Shown here one piece after another: positions 1-14,100 of a stretch of 64,000 nucleotides of DNA. Source of the stretch: Vicugna vicugna. Lineage: Eukaryota. The DNA lies in the NCBI GenBank assembly GCA_013265495.1, contig MU058424.1, positions 62,001-126,000 on the forward strand, in the 5' to 3' direction. The position numbers were made by a program, and so were the translations under genes. The notes under the pieces were generated by a model, which was not told the origin of the DNA, searched no databases, and saw only the letters and a program-made list of their open reading frames with translations. Each line of letters opens with the position of its first letter. Position 1 is the stretch's first letter.

Positions 1-2863
1 TTGAAACTGAGTTGTATGAACTGTTTATATATGTTGGATAGTAACCCTTTATTGGTCTTATCATTTGCATATACTTTCTCCTATCAGTAGGTTGCCTTTT
101 CATTTTGTTGATAGTTTCCTTTGCCGTGCAAAAACTTTTACATTTAATTAGGACCTGTTTATTTGTTTTTGTTTTTATTTTCTTTGCTTTCAGAGATGGA
201 TCCCAAATATGGCTATGATTAATATCAATGAGTCTTCTGCTTATGTTTTCCTCTAGGAGTTTTATGGTATCCACTTTTACATTTAGGTCTTTAGTTCATT
301 TTGAGTTTATTTTTGTATATGATGTTAGAGAATGTTCTAATTTCATTCCTTTACATGTAGCTGTCCAGGTTTACCAGCACCACTTATTGAAGGGACTGTC
401 TTTTCTCCATTATATCTTCTTTCCTCCTTAGTCATAGATTAATTGCCCATAAGTTCATGGGTTTATTTCTGGACTTTCCTGTTCAGTTGATCTGTGTGTC
501 TATTATTGTGCCAGTACCATACAGTTTTGATTACTGTAGCTTTGTAATATAGTCTGAAGTCAGGAATTGTGGGTCCTCTAGCTCTGTTCTTAAGATTGTT
601 TTGGCTATTTAGGGTCTTTTGTGTTTCCATACAATTTCTAAAATTATTTGTTCTTGTTCTATAAAAAATGCCATTGGTATCTTGATAAGGACCACAATGA
701 ATCTGTAGATTGCCTTGGGTAGCATGGTCATTTTAACAATATTGATTCTTTCAATCCAAGAGCACGGTGTATCTTTCTATCAGTTTGTGTCATCTTCAAT
801 TACTTTCATCATTACATTTCATCTTATAGTTTTAGGAGTAAGGTCTTTTGCTTCCTTATGTAGGTTTATTTCTAGATATTGTGTTCTTTTTCATTCAGTA
901 GAAAATGGGATTGTTTTCTTAATTTCTCTTCCTGATAATTTGTTGTTAGTGTACATAAGTGCAACAGATTTGTGTATATTAATTTTGTATCCTACAACTT
1001 TACCAAATCTATTGATGAGCTTTAGTAGTTTTCTGGTCTTAAGGATTCTCTATGTATAGCATCATACCATATGCAAACAGTGACAGTTTTACTTTTTCCT
1101 TTTCAATTTAGGTTACTTTTCTTTCTTTTTCTTTCTTTCTTTCTTTTATTTTCCTTTTATTTTCCTTTTTTTCTTTTTTCTCTTTTCTCTCTTTTTTTTT
1201 TTTTCTTTTCTTTTAAATCTGAATCTGGAGGCTAGGACTTCCAAAACTATGTTGAATAGAAGTGGTGAGAGTTGGCATCCTTGTCTTGTTTCTGATCTTA
1301 GAGGAAATGCTTTCAGCTTTTCACCATTATGATATTAGCTATGAGTTTGTCATATATATCCTTGTCTCTTGCCTCTATTCCCACTTTCTGGGGAGTTTTT
1401 TGTAATCATAAATCAATGTTGAATTTTATGGAAAGCTTTTTCCGCATCTATTGAGACGATCATATAGTTTTTATTCTTCCATTTGTTAATGTGATTTATC
1501 ACAATTGATTTGTGGATATTGAAAAGTTCTTGCATCCCTTGAATAAATCCCACTTGATCATGACATGTGATCTTATTGGTGTATTGTTGGATTTGGGTTG
1601 CTACTATTTTGCTGAGGATTTTTGTTTCCATATTCAAAAAGTGATGCTGGCCAGTAATTTGTGTGTGTGTGTTATATCTTTGTCTGGCTTGGATATCAGG
1701 GTGCTGCTAGTCTCATATAAGGAGTTTGAAAGTGTTCCTTCCTCTGCCATCTTTTGGAATAATTGCAGACAGATGGGTGTTAACTCAGTTAACTCTTCTC
1801 TGAATGTTTTGTAGAATTCACCTATGACACCATCTGGTCCTGGACTTTGGTTTGTTGGGAGTTTTAAATTACTAATTCAGTTTCATTAATGGTAATTGGT
1901 CTCTTCATATTTTCTATTTCTTCCTGGGTTAGCCTTGGGGAATTGTACCCTTCTAAGCATTTGTCCATTTCTTCTAGGACATCCATTTTCTTGACATATA
2001 GTTGTTCATAGTAATCTTTTAACGGCCTTAATATTTCTGTGATGGTGGTTAAAATTTCTGATTTTGGCCTGCTACATTTTTTCTTGATGAGTCTGGCTAA
2101 AGGTTTATCAATTTTATTTATCTTTTTAAAGACCTCATTTTAATCTCACTAATCTTTTCTATTTTTTTTTTTTTTAGTCTCTATTTCATTTATTTCTACT
2201 CTGATCTTTATGATTTCTTTCTTTCTAGTAACTCTGGGTTTTGTTTACTCTTTTTCTCTCTAGTTCTTTTAGGTGTAAGGTTAGTTTGTTTATTTGAGAT
2301 TTTTCTTATTTCCTGAGGTAAGCTTGTCTGACTATAAACTTCCCTCTTAGAGCTATTTATGCTGAGTCCCAGAGGTTTTGGATCTTTGTGTTTTCATTTT
2401 CATTTGTTCCTAGGCATTTTTTGATTCACTCTTTGATTTCTTCTATGGTCCATTGGTTGTTCAGTAGCATATTGTTTAGCTTCCATGTTTGTGGAAGGTT
2501 TTGCAGTTTTTTTCTTATATGACTTCTGGTTACAACACTATTGTGGTCAAAAAAGATACCTGATATGCTATAATTTCAATTTTCTTAAATTTACCAAGGC
2601 TTGTTTTGTGGCCTAACATGTGATCTATCCTAGAAAATGTCCACGTGCACTTGAAAAGAATGTGTCTTCTGCTGCTATCTGATGGGATGCTCTATATATA
2701 TCAATTAAGTCCATGTGGTCTAATGTGTCATTTAAGGTCAATGTTTCCTCACTGACTGTCTGGATGGTCTCTCCCTTAATGTAAAAGGCATATTAAAGTC
2801 CCTGTTATTGTGTTACTGTTGATTTTTCCTTTTATGTTTGTTAATATTTGCCTTTTATATTTA
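1..2863 (-). mobile_element. LINE-1 ORF2 fragment (endonuclease to RT/C-terminal region), degenerate; runs off the left window edge
   Basis: ORF 1413-1637(-) gives L1 RT motifs ([43 protein letters not shown]). T-rich antisense L1 character throughout, with a T/C low-complexity expansion at ~1115-1215. Confidence 0.93.
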
Positions 2864-3314
2864 TACAGTGGAATACTATGCAGCCATAAAAAGAATAAAA
2901 TTTTGCCATTTGCAGCAAAATGAATGTAGTTGGAGGGCATTATGCTAAGTGGAAAAGTCATACAGAGAAATACAAATACTGTATGATATCACTTATATGT
3001 GGAATCAAAAAAATACAACAAACTAGGGAATATAACATAAAAGAAGCAGACTTACAGATATAGAGAAGAAATCAGTGGTTACCAGTGCGGAGAGGGAAGA
3101 TGGAGGAGCAATATAAGGTTAGTGGATTAAGAATTACAAACTATTAGTTAAAAAATAATCTACAAGGATCTATTTTGTAACAGAAAGAATATAGCCAATA
3201 TTTTATAGTAAGTGTAAATGAAATATAACCTTTAAAAATTGTAAGTCACTATATTTTACACTTGTAACTTGTATACTATTGTACAGCCACTACACTTCGA
3301 TCACTCTAAAAAAA
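2857..3314 (+). mobile_element. LINE-1 3' end (ORF2 end + 3' UTR + short A tail)
   Basis: Typical L1 3' motifs tacagtggaatactatgcagccataaaaagaat, ccatttgcagcaa, cacttatatgtggaatc; ends tacacttc...aaaaaaa. Confidence 0.88.
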
Positions 3315-3889
3315 CACATTGTAATATCACTGCATACCATAAGAATTGAAAACAAAGGATAAGAACTTAAAATCTTGAGGAGCTGAAATGAATACACTGC
3401 AACAGAAATTATTGCACATGTAAACAGTTGCACTTCAGAATACTACATGGCAATACCTACTAAAGCTAAACAAATGCCTGCTCTATGACCCTCCACCAAA
3501 ACATCTATGCAAGAATGTTCCTGGTAGCCTTATTCATAATAGCTCCAAATCTGAAAACAATTTAAGTATCCATCTGCAGTAAAATGGATAAGTATATTTA
3601 CATAATAAAATACAGTGAAAAGAACAAATACAAAAAACATAGAAGAAAAATACAAAATAACCCATATTATTTGATATTCTTTACCTAAAGCTCAAGAATA
3701 GGCAAACTAAATCAGAATAATTGTTCACTCTGGCAGAAGAGTTGACTAGAAAAAAAAGATGAGCAAGCTTCTGAGATGCTGAATATTATAATTTTTTCCA
3801 GTGGATTTTACACAGATGTTTTTATATATATATAAACTCATCAATCTGTAAACTTAGGTATTTTTTTGATGGGGGAAGAAATTCATTAT

Positions 3890-5075
3890 TTTAATTTTTA
3901 ACAGCTCTACTGAGATATAATTGATATACAATAAACTATACATATTTAAATATGATAAATTTACACATATGTATAACCACAAACAAGATAATGAGCGTGT
4001 TAATTATCTCCCAAAATTTTCTCATGTACCTTTGTAATTCTTTATAATATTGATCTGCTGTCTGTCACTGTAAATTAGTTTGCATTTTCTAGTATTTTAT
4101 AAAGTGGAATCAGACAATACATATCCCTTCTTGCCTGACTTCTTTCACAAAATATAATTATTTTGAGATTCATTCACGTTATTCCATATACCATTGGTTC
4201 AGTCCTCTTTATTTCCAAGTAGCATTCCATTGTGGATTTACTACAGTTTATTCATTATTAATCTGTTGATACATTTCCAGTTTTAGACTATGACAAATAA
4301 AGCTGGTATAAATATTGTACACATCTTAGATGGATATGTGTCTTTATTTATCTTGGGGAAATATTTGGAAGTGTAATGAATGAATCATGTAAGAAGTGTA
4401 TATTTAAATTTAAAATATTGCTGAACAGTTTGTACAATGCTAATACCATTTTACATTCCCATCAGCATTGTATGAGATTTTAATTTCCTCCGCAACCTTG
4501 TCAACACTCAGTATAGTAAATCTTTCTAATTTTAATCATTCTAATAGGTATGTAGTGGTATCTTTGTGGTTTTAACTTTTATTTTTTAGTAACTAATGAT
4601 ATTGAGCATCTGTTTGTGAGCTTATTTACCATTTTTATGTCTTCTTTGGTGAAGCATCTATTTAGATATCTTTCCCACTTAAACAATTGGGTTATCTTCT
4701 TATTGTTGAGTTTTGAGAGTTTATATACATTAAAAGATACAAGTTTTTTATAGATACATACTTTGAAAATATTTTCTTGCAGTTGTCACTTGACTTTTTA
4801 TTCTTTTTTTGTTTGTTTGTTTATTTTTGTATTTATTGTAATTTTTCTAATGGAGGTGCGGGGGACTGAACCCAGGACCTCTTGCACACTAAGCACGCAC
4901 TCCACCACTGAGCTATACCCTCCCTGCCACTGGCTTTTTATTCTTTTCATGATATCTTTTAAAGAACAGAAGTTTTAAATTCTAATGCAGTTTAGTTTAC
5001 TAATTTGTTCTTGTATGGCTTATGCTGTTTCCATAACTTAGAAATCTTTGCATGACTCAAAGTCATAGAAGTTTT
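3890..5075 (-). mobile_element. Old LINE-1 (L1M-type) 3' region, interrupted by a SINE
   Basis: Antisense L1M motifs ctttactgagatataattgatatac-like, attccattgtgg, accattttacattcccatcagca, taatgatattgagcatct. Confidence 0.75.
4808..4930 (-). mobile_element. tRNA-Ala-derived SINE (Vic-1-like)
   Basis: Reverse complement reads gagggtatagctcagtggtggagtgcgtgcttagtgtgcaagaggtcctgggttcagtcccc plus A-rich tail. TSD tgactttttattctttt (4791-4807) / tggctttttattctttt (4931-4947). Confidence 0.9.
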
Positions 5076-5997
5076 TTTCCTATAGAAGTGTACATGCTAA
5101 CATCTCTGGTAATATTTGAGGGGGTGAAAAAAGTTTCTAAAGGAGCTAGTAAGAGATCAGAGCTCTCTCTGAGAGTAAATAGGAATGACATAAAATGCAA
5201 AAATCATTTGTTCAAACGTTATAAGTAGAGAGTTACTGAGGCAACTCATCTACTTCAGTCTATAAGCCTATTCTTCAAACTTTTAATAATTTTTCATTCA
5301 TAAAATACATGTAGATAGGGCTAAAAACATCATTCTGGTTTCAAAAAAGGCCTATTTTGTCAGTGTATTAAAATTTGAATTGTATATGTTTTGAAACAAA
5401 ATTATGCATTAGAGTGTTTTCTGCTTTGCTCACAGCTCTAATTATTTCCCTATAAATCTTAGATCCTTTCCTTGGTTCTTTTTGGGCAGCATAAGCATAA
5501 CAACAACCTTAAAAGCTGATAAACACATTCACTGCAAACTTTCATGCTCACGTGTCACCAGCTTAAATTCAGAAGAGCACAATTTGGTGTCAGGCCAAAG
5601 AATAGCGTTATTAAAGGAACACTGAGGAAAAAAGGAGATGGGAGGGGTCAACTGTTGATACTAGAAACAGAAAAGTCCGGAAATGATTAAAAGTAGATAC
5701 TAATCATCTATCATGAATAATGATGGGAGAAACAGGAGATTGCTTGAAAATTACCCTTAATATCAAATCTCTATAAAGTACATTATGGAGCAAATAAGTG
5801 TTGAAAATACCCAGTGTCTTTGCTGTGATTATATAGTCTCCCAAAATTTTACCTTTTTTTCATGTTTAAGTGTAAAAAGCACATAAATATTAGACACTAA
5901 AGTCAAGCCATATTATGCGCCAACTGGCTTAAATGATTATTATTATATTGGCAGTCTTATTTCATCTCTGCTTCCCAACATCTACCTGTTGCTGGCT

Positions 5998-6209
5998 ATT
6001 TATTTTTATAGCTTTATTGAAGCATAATTTGTAGTCCATAAAAATTGCTCATGAAAGTTATTACTTTTAGTAAATTTATAGGGTAGTGCAACCATTATAA
6101 TAATCCAGTTTTAAAATACTTCCATTATCACCAAAATTTTCTTTGTACTTGTTCATAGACAATCACCAGACCTAAGAAAACACTGGTCTGCTTTTAGTGT
6201 CTGTAGATT

Positions 6210-6242
<33 letters not shown>

Positions 6243-6505
6243 TTTTTTTCTTTTTTTTTTTTTTTTGCTATTTCACAGAAACAAGAACATAATACCTGTA
6301 GTCCTTTGTGTGTCCCAGCTAATTTTAACCAAATACCTTTTTAGCCTAATTCTAAAGTTACAGTGTAACTTTAAAAGTGGTACAGTACAACATGACCTTG
6401 TTTCTTTTATTTTTAAATGTACAATTTGAATTTTGATAGATGTATAAACCAATGAAACCACTACCACAATTAAGGTAGCTAACATTTCCATCACTCCCCA
6501 AGAGG
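5998..6505 (-). mobile_element. Old L1M 3'-end fragments, containing a long T run
   Basis: tagctttattgaagcataattt, gtgcaaccatta, acatttccatcactcccc motifs typical of antisense L1M 3' UTRs. Confidence 0.6.
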
Positions 6506-6514
6506 GGCAATTTT

Positions 6515-7095
6515 TGAATTCTCAATTTATCCCTTCCCACCCCCATTACCCCCTTGTAACCATAAATTTGTTCTCTATGTATGTGAGTCTATTTTTATGT
6601 TGTAGATAAGTTCATTTGTGTCCTTTTTTTTTTTTTTTATTTTCCACTTTTAAGAATGTAAGCTATATTATATGGCATTTTTCTTTCTCTTCCTGGCTTA
6701 CTTCATTTAGAATGATGATCTGCAGGTCCATCCATGTTCCTGCAAATGGCATTATTTTATTATTTTTTATGGCTGAGTAGCATTCCATTGTGTATAAATA
6801 CCACATCTTCTTTATCCAGTCATCTGTTGATGGACATTTGGGTTCTTTCCAAGTCTTGGTTATTGTAAACAGTACTCCTGTGAGTATTGGGGTGCATGTG
6901 TCTTTTTGAATTATATTTCCCTCTGGATATATGCCCAGGAGTGGGATTGCTGGATCATATGGTAAGTTTATTTTTAGTTTTTTGTTTAACTATACTCCCA
7001 CACCCCTATTTTTAATTTTTTTAAGGAACCTCCATGCTGTCCTCCCTAGTGGCTACACCAATTAACATTCCCACCAACAGTGTAGGAGGGTCCTG
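6515..7095 (-). mobile_element. Younger lineage-type LINE-1 3' fragment
   Basis: ggtccatccatgttcctgcaaatggcatt, ggctgagtagcattccattgtgt, cccaggagtgggattgctggatcatatggta, acattcccaccaacagtgtaggaggg; clearly similar to the element at 60443-60934. Confidence 0.9.
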
Positions 7096-10000
7096 GTGTC
7101 TAATCAAAACATAAGGTGGGACAATTAAGCAAAATAGCTCATAAAGCAACACTTTTCTGTAAAATAGAGTTTTTATGAAAGGAAAAGAAAAATAATAGGG
7201 CAGAGAAAATGTAACTGGTAACAGAGAAAAACAAAGCTCAGAGTCGTGGTTCCCAGGATGATGACAGACAATAAGAATAAGAGCCAGGATGCTCTCCCTG
7301 GGTCTTCCAGTCTGGTGCACATCAGAAGACTAGTTGTGAATTAGTTGGATGAGATTTAAAGGCAAGGGGATAGGACATTATTTAAGCTTGTGGCCAATAT
7401 TTGGACTCCTCTGGATGAGAGAGGGGGCAGTCCATTGCGAGAGTGGTCATGACTAGTTCAGAGCAGCACTTCCTCAGCAGAATTAGGATTGTTATGTTCC
7501 AGTCCCCTGCTTTTTAATTGATTTTAAGACAGATGCTCTCCTAAAATGTTTGGATGGAAGTAGGAAGGAAATAATCACTGTTGGTTAGAAGCATAAAAAT
7601 AGAATGAAGCTTGGGGAGGGTAAGGAGATCTTTGGAGGCAATACTTAATGATTTTTGTCCTGTGTTTCTGCTGGTATTTACAAAGCACGCTTGGAGGGAC
7701 TATATAGTGTAGCAAGAAGTTGGCAACACTCTATCATAGTGCATATCTGGATATTGAATTTATGTGGTGTCTTTTTATGGTTTGAAATGCTTACAAATAA
7801 TTAACAAAACCGCGCCACTTTAAAGTCCTTTGAAGAAAATCTGTGTCACTGAATATAAAGAATTTTCCACTTCTTCCTATATGCAGATTATCAGGAAGGT
7901 CTAAAACGCCAAGTCACCTCTGAATCAGTCATGAATATCCAGTTATAGTTCAAATTAGAAGTGAGTCACCTTAATATTTTCTTTCTAATAAGTCTTGCTG
8001 CCTACTGGATCTTGACATCATGCCACAGAAGATAAAAAAATAAATAAAAAGTTGAGCTCTGGAGGCCCATCTGGACAACACTGGGAAGGGAATGTCACCA
8101 ATTTAATATAGTCCTCTTACTGTTGAAGACATGTACTCCTTAGGGAATTCAAGAAATATTGCACTTATAGTGTTAGCTCTTATTCTGCCAGTGGCACATT
8201 TTTAGTTTCTCTTTAAATGAACAGAATTAGCAGCATGAATCACGGCATAGTGAAGGATGCCAAATTATCTAGTCAACCCATCTGAAAATACAGTCTTATT
8301 GATTACCTCAATCCACATAGACAGCATTTCCTGATGTTTAACTAGAATTCCCTGACCAATATAACCTAAAAGTATAAAGAACCCCTTCTTTATAGATTTT
8401 AAAAGGAAGAGAGTGATTAATTAAGGTTATTATGATTGTCATATCAATGAATAAATCAGTTATGATGCATTCACTAGGTTTAGCCAAGGTCATTTTACAC
8501 CTTATCTTTCCCACAGCAATATTTTGTTTGAATCTCTAAAGGCTGCTCATCAAATAACCAAAAAGAATCAATGCATAATTATTATGGATTCAGAAGTAAA
8601 AAGAGATCACTCAAACAATTCAGAGTAAATATGGAAACCACAGATGCAATATTATTATATTAAAAGGGAAGCAGTATTTCCCTTTTTTATGGAAATTTGT
8701 GGAAACAGTTAAATAACAAAGCATTCCTGCTAAACATTCCTGTGCAAGCCTGGAAGGCTGGAAGGTTTCCAATCCTTAAAAAAGTCCTGATTAATTTATG
8801 CTCTGGAACTTTTTCAGAGTCTGTTTGCAGTACATGACTTCCACCTAAGCACTGGAGTATACCAACAAATGCTACCTGACCATTTCTAAGGGTTGAGGCT
8901 TATTATATTTAGAAACTAGTGTCCAAAAGTATAATTTAAACTCTGAATTAATCCTTATCTAACTCAAAAAATGCAAAGTGATAATTTAAATAGCCTTTCT
9001 ACTAAGCACTTTTAAATATATTAGTTCACCTGATCCTTGTAAGAACCTTAAGAATTAGTAGGGCAAGGAATATGTTTTATTTGTAGATGAACATAATGAA
9101 ACAAGGGAAATTAAATACTTTATTCAGCATTACTCAACCTGGTAGAAACTAAAAATGCTGTTTTTCAAGACATAATACCTCTCTAGAGTTCTCTCTTTTG
9201 CCATTTTCCCTCCAAACAGATTTAGGAATTATGATTCAGAGTTTTTAGAGTACTGTTTAATGTTATATATATGCACACACGTTTATATAAACACCTTGAT
9301 GTTTATTTATATCAATTTAATCATTTGTGTTTTGCCATTAATTAATTAATAATAAGTTAATATTGAAGAGTTATAGAACATGGATTGAATCACAGGAACT
9401 GCACAAGGTAATAGGGATAAAGGGATGAATAAAACACAATTTCCTCTCAACCACAATCTGGGGTGTAATCAGACATGTCGATGAAGACTACAGTGGGTGT
9501 AATGAAGATTGTGATTGCAGATTATAGAGTGCCTTATATACCATGTTTGGAATTAAAAACTTTATCTTTATTTATGCAGCTGAGAGGCACCAGAAGTCTA
9601 ATTAAGAGAGAAAATGACAAATCAGGACTCTTATTTCAGAATACAAAGCTCCCAGCTTTTTAGGGAAGAGACTGAAGAAAGAAGAGACAGGTGACAAGAA
9701 GACAAGGGGAGGCGACTGAGAAAGTCAGTCGCAGTTGAGCAGCACCTGATGGCGGTGCAGGTGGAGGGTGGAGAAGAGGAGGCCGGCACTGAGAAATATT
9801 CCTGGGTTTTAGAGGTGAAGTCTGCATACTTTGGTACATGCTTTGGTAGCTCATTTGTTTTGTGTGTGTGAGGGGGAGGTTGCCGTAGAGATGCTCCACT
9901 TTTTAGCAAGCCAGCTGATTTAATTTCTCTGATTCTGTGCATGCTTTCCATAAAGTTTTAAAGGATAAGAGCAATTCAGTGCTTTCCTGTTCTTCATCAG

Positions 10001-11109
10001 ATTTGTATTTCAGTTTGCCCAGTTTGACTAGTCTGGGCTGACTATATAAAAAGCGATTTTTAATGTTAAGAAAAGCAGAAATTAATATTAAAAATGAAAA
10101 AATATTTTTCTGTCTTTTAATTTTGACACGTTTTAGAGACAGTTTTTGGTTATTTCTTTTCCTCTGGCTCCTATTGCTCTGCTTCATAACTGTTGTGTCA
10201 CAGGGTCCCAAGAATTTCCCACTTCCTTGATTTTAATCTCTATAAAATTGTTTATTTCAACGTAGAATAAAATACTCATTTTTACTATTGGCATCAACCT
10301 ACCCACCGTGATGACAAAAAGGTAGATTATCTAATGTGTATGTGCAGTTGAACTGTAATAATTCTATGTAATAAATCTGAAAAAGGAAAAAAAGAAGTAA
10401 ATTATCAAGGTGTCATAAACTTAACTTAGCTGGCTTAATTGAGAGTTGCCATCAGACATAGGAGACAATCCTGAGTAGCTTGGACAAGAGACTATATGAA
10501 TATGCAAGATGTTAATCATAAATGATATTCCCTATAGAGTAATTTCTTACATTCTTTCAAATAATTTTATTCATATACACTAAAGGAAAGATAAACGATC
10601 GTGTTGGCATTTTTCTCTCATTTGGTATTTTGAGACTAGTATGACTTCTTTCAAAGATGATAAATCACTTCTTCAAAAACACATCACAGGAGTTACATCT
10701 TCAAGGGAAATAATTGGATTTTCACTGTAGAAAATGAATTTGAGAAATTTATTCAAAGATATTATTAACTTTAATTGGAAGAATTTGTTATATAGAAAAT
10801 GGCAAATTAAAATATATAGTTTTCTGATAAGGCAAGGCGTATAGTTCTATATGTATATAAAATGCATCCAGATTGAAACCTCCATGGTAATTTTATGGGA
10901 TGACAAAAATTAACTTTTATATTTAGTGTGGCATTGATATGTTAGTAGTGAAGAATATTTCTGTTTTATCTGTCTGCATAATAAGTCAGTATTAACTAGC
11001 CTTTTTTGCTGGTTAGCTACAGTGTTCTCTGTGAAAGTAATTCTAAATAAATTTGTAAATGATGCTTACAGAGTTTGTTTCATAAAATCTGCATTTTTAT
11101 TGGTTGTTT

Positions 11110-14100
11110 TGTTTCACTTCTAGTGGTTGGTCTGTTCAAATGATCCATTTCTTCTTGATTCAGTTTTGGTGGACTGTATGTTTCTAGAAACTTGTCCATT
11201 TCTTCTAAGTTGTCTCATTTATTGCCATAAAGTTATTCACAGTATTCTTTTATGATTTTTTTATATTTCTGTGGTGTTGGTTGCAATTCCTCCATTTTCA
11301 TTTCTTCCTTTTTTTTTTATTTGTGTCGTCTCTTTTCTTCTTGGTGAGCCTGACCAGAGGTTTGTCCATTTTGTTTACTTTCTAAGAAAGAACAGCACTT
11401 GGCTAGATTGATTTTTTTTTCTGTTGTTTTTTAATGCCTATTTTATTTATTTCCTCCCTGATCTTTATTATTTCTTTCCTTCTGCTGTCTTTAGGTTTCA
11501 TTTTTTCTTCTTTTCCTAATTCTTTTAGGTGGTAGGTTGGATTGTCAATTTGAGGTTGTTCTTGTTTCCTTGAGGAAGACCTGTATCACTATGAACTTCC
11601 CTCTTAGGGCTGCTTTTGCTGCCTCCCATAGATTTTGTGTGGTTATGTTCTCATTGTTGTTTTCCCAAGGTATTTTTTAATTTCTTTTTTGATTTCATCA
11701 TTGACCCTTTGTTTTTTTTTAGTAGCATGTTGTTTAGTCTCAATGCTGTCATTTTTCCTCATTTTTTTTCCCTGTGGTTGATTTCTAGTTTCATGCCATT
11801 ATAGTCAGAGAAGATACTCAAAATAATTTCGATCCTCTTAAATTTGCTGAGGCTTCTTTTGTGCCTGAGTACATGGTCTATCCTAGAGAATGTTCCATGG
11901 GCACGTGAGAAAAATGTATATTCTGGTTTGGGGGGATGTAATGTCCTATAAATATCAACCAAGTCCAATTGTTCTATTGTGTCATTTAGTATTTCCGTTG
12001 CCTTATTGATTTTCTGTCTGGGAGATCTATCCAATGAAGTTAATGGAGTGTTGAAGTCTCTTGCTATTATTGCATTCCCATCAATTCCTTTATATTTGTT
12101 AAAATATAAATATATCCTTTATGTCTGTTAGTATTTGCTTTATGTATTTAGGTGCTCCTATATTGAATGCATATATGTCAATGAGTATAATATCCTCATC
12201 TTATATTCCTGCTTTGATCATTATTTAGTGTCCTTCTTTATCTTTCTTTATGGCCTTTATTTTAAAGTCTATTTTTTTCTAATAAGAGTATTGGAACCTC
12301 CACTTTCTTGTCATTTCCATTTGCATGAAACATCTTTTTCCATCTTCTCACTTTCAATCTATGTGTGTCCTTCACTCTAAAGTGGGTCTCTTGTAGGCAG
12401 CATATTGTAGGCTTTTAATTTATTTTTCAATCTGTTTCTCTGTCTTTTGAATGGAGCATTTAGTCCATTGACACTTATAGTAATTATTGATAGATGTGTG
12501 TTTACTACCATTTTGAACTTTGTTTTCCAATTGATTTGGTATTTCTTCTTTGTTTCTTTCCTTTTTGTTTTTCTCTTTGTGGTTTAATGAGTTTCTTTTA
12601 TATTAGCTTGGTTTGCTTTTGTTTTTTGTGACTCTATTGTATGCTTTTGATTTGTGGTTACCCTGTTTTTCAAGTGTGTTAACTCCTTAATATCTATCTG
12701 TTTCTTTTTTTACATCTTCATGTTTAATCTCCAGCAATTCATTGTAGTTATTGCATTTCCAATTATGATTTTCTCCTTTCTAGAGCTTGCTGCTTCTTTT
12801 CTTTTCAGGCTAGACTTTCCAATATTTCTTTTAAGATACGTTTAGTATTGCTGAATTCTTTTAGTTTTTGCTTGTCTGTGAAATTCTCCTTCTAATCTAA
12901 AGGATAGCCTTGCCAGATAGAGTATCCTAGTTTGCAGCTTTTTCTCATTCAGGATTTTGAATAAATCTTACCACTCCCTTCTGGCCAGTAGTGTTTGTGT
13001 AGAGAAATCTGCTGAAAGCCTTATGGGGGTTTCTTTGTACTTAACTCTTTTATTTCTTTTGCTGCCTTTAGAATCATTTCTTTATCTTTAACTTTGGCCA
13101 ACTCAATTATAATATGTCTTGGTGTAGGTCTGTTTGGGTTCTTCTTGTTGGGGGACCATCTGTGTTTCCTGCATTTCAATATCTGTTTCCTTCTTTAGGT
13201 TTGGAAATTTTTCAGTAATGATTTATTCAAATATTTTTTCAAGTCCCCTTTCACTTTTTTCTTCATCTGGTACCCCTATTATGGGTAGGCTGGCACACTT
13301 TATATTATCCCATAGGTCTCTTATATTGCTTTCATTGGTTTTTACTTGCTTTTCTGTCTGCTGGTCTGATTGGGTGACTTCTGTTATGCTGTCTTCTAAG
13401 TCATTTATCATTCCTCTGCATTATCTAGCCTGCTTTCGACTGCCTTTAGATTGGCTCTTATCTCAGCCATTGAGTTTTCTGTTTTTAATTGTCTCCTTTT
13501 TAGACTTTCTATTTCTTTTTTATAGTACTCTCTTCCTCTATTCATAGTCTCATTTCCTTCAGTGCTTTTATCAACTCCTTTTTGAAGTCAGTATCTGTTA
13601 GACCTTCGTGGTGTCTCTGATTGTTCACTCTTTAAGGGGACTTCTTTTGTTCTTTTAATTGGGAGTGGTTCCTCTGCTTCTTCATTTTACTTATATTTCT
13701 CTGGCTAATTGGATTTAGAAGTATCTGTCTTCTGTTGTGGTCTTGAAGAGCTGTATTTTGTTTGCTTGTTTGTTTTTACTTTATTTTTACGTTCCTGTGT
13801 AGACTGTGTGCATCCAATAGTTTTGTTGTGAGGGCTGTTGTCAGTATGGATGGTTGCCACGTCTTTCCTCAGTGTGTGTTGTCTGTTATCCCTTTGACTG
13901 GGGGTGTGGGTGGTGTGGTGATTAGAGCCTGCCCTGACTGTTGTTGAGTGGGGCCCCCTTTTTTGTTCTGTGGTTGTCACAGCCTTGACAGGGGCCGAGT
14001 CTGCTTCCCTGTTGCTGGAATAGAGGATTCTAGGCCCACTTCTGAGCTGTGGTGTGTGGTGGGCAGGGTTGGAGGGCTTCAGCTGGGAAGAACAGTTGCT

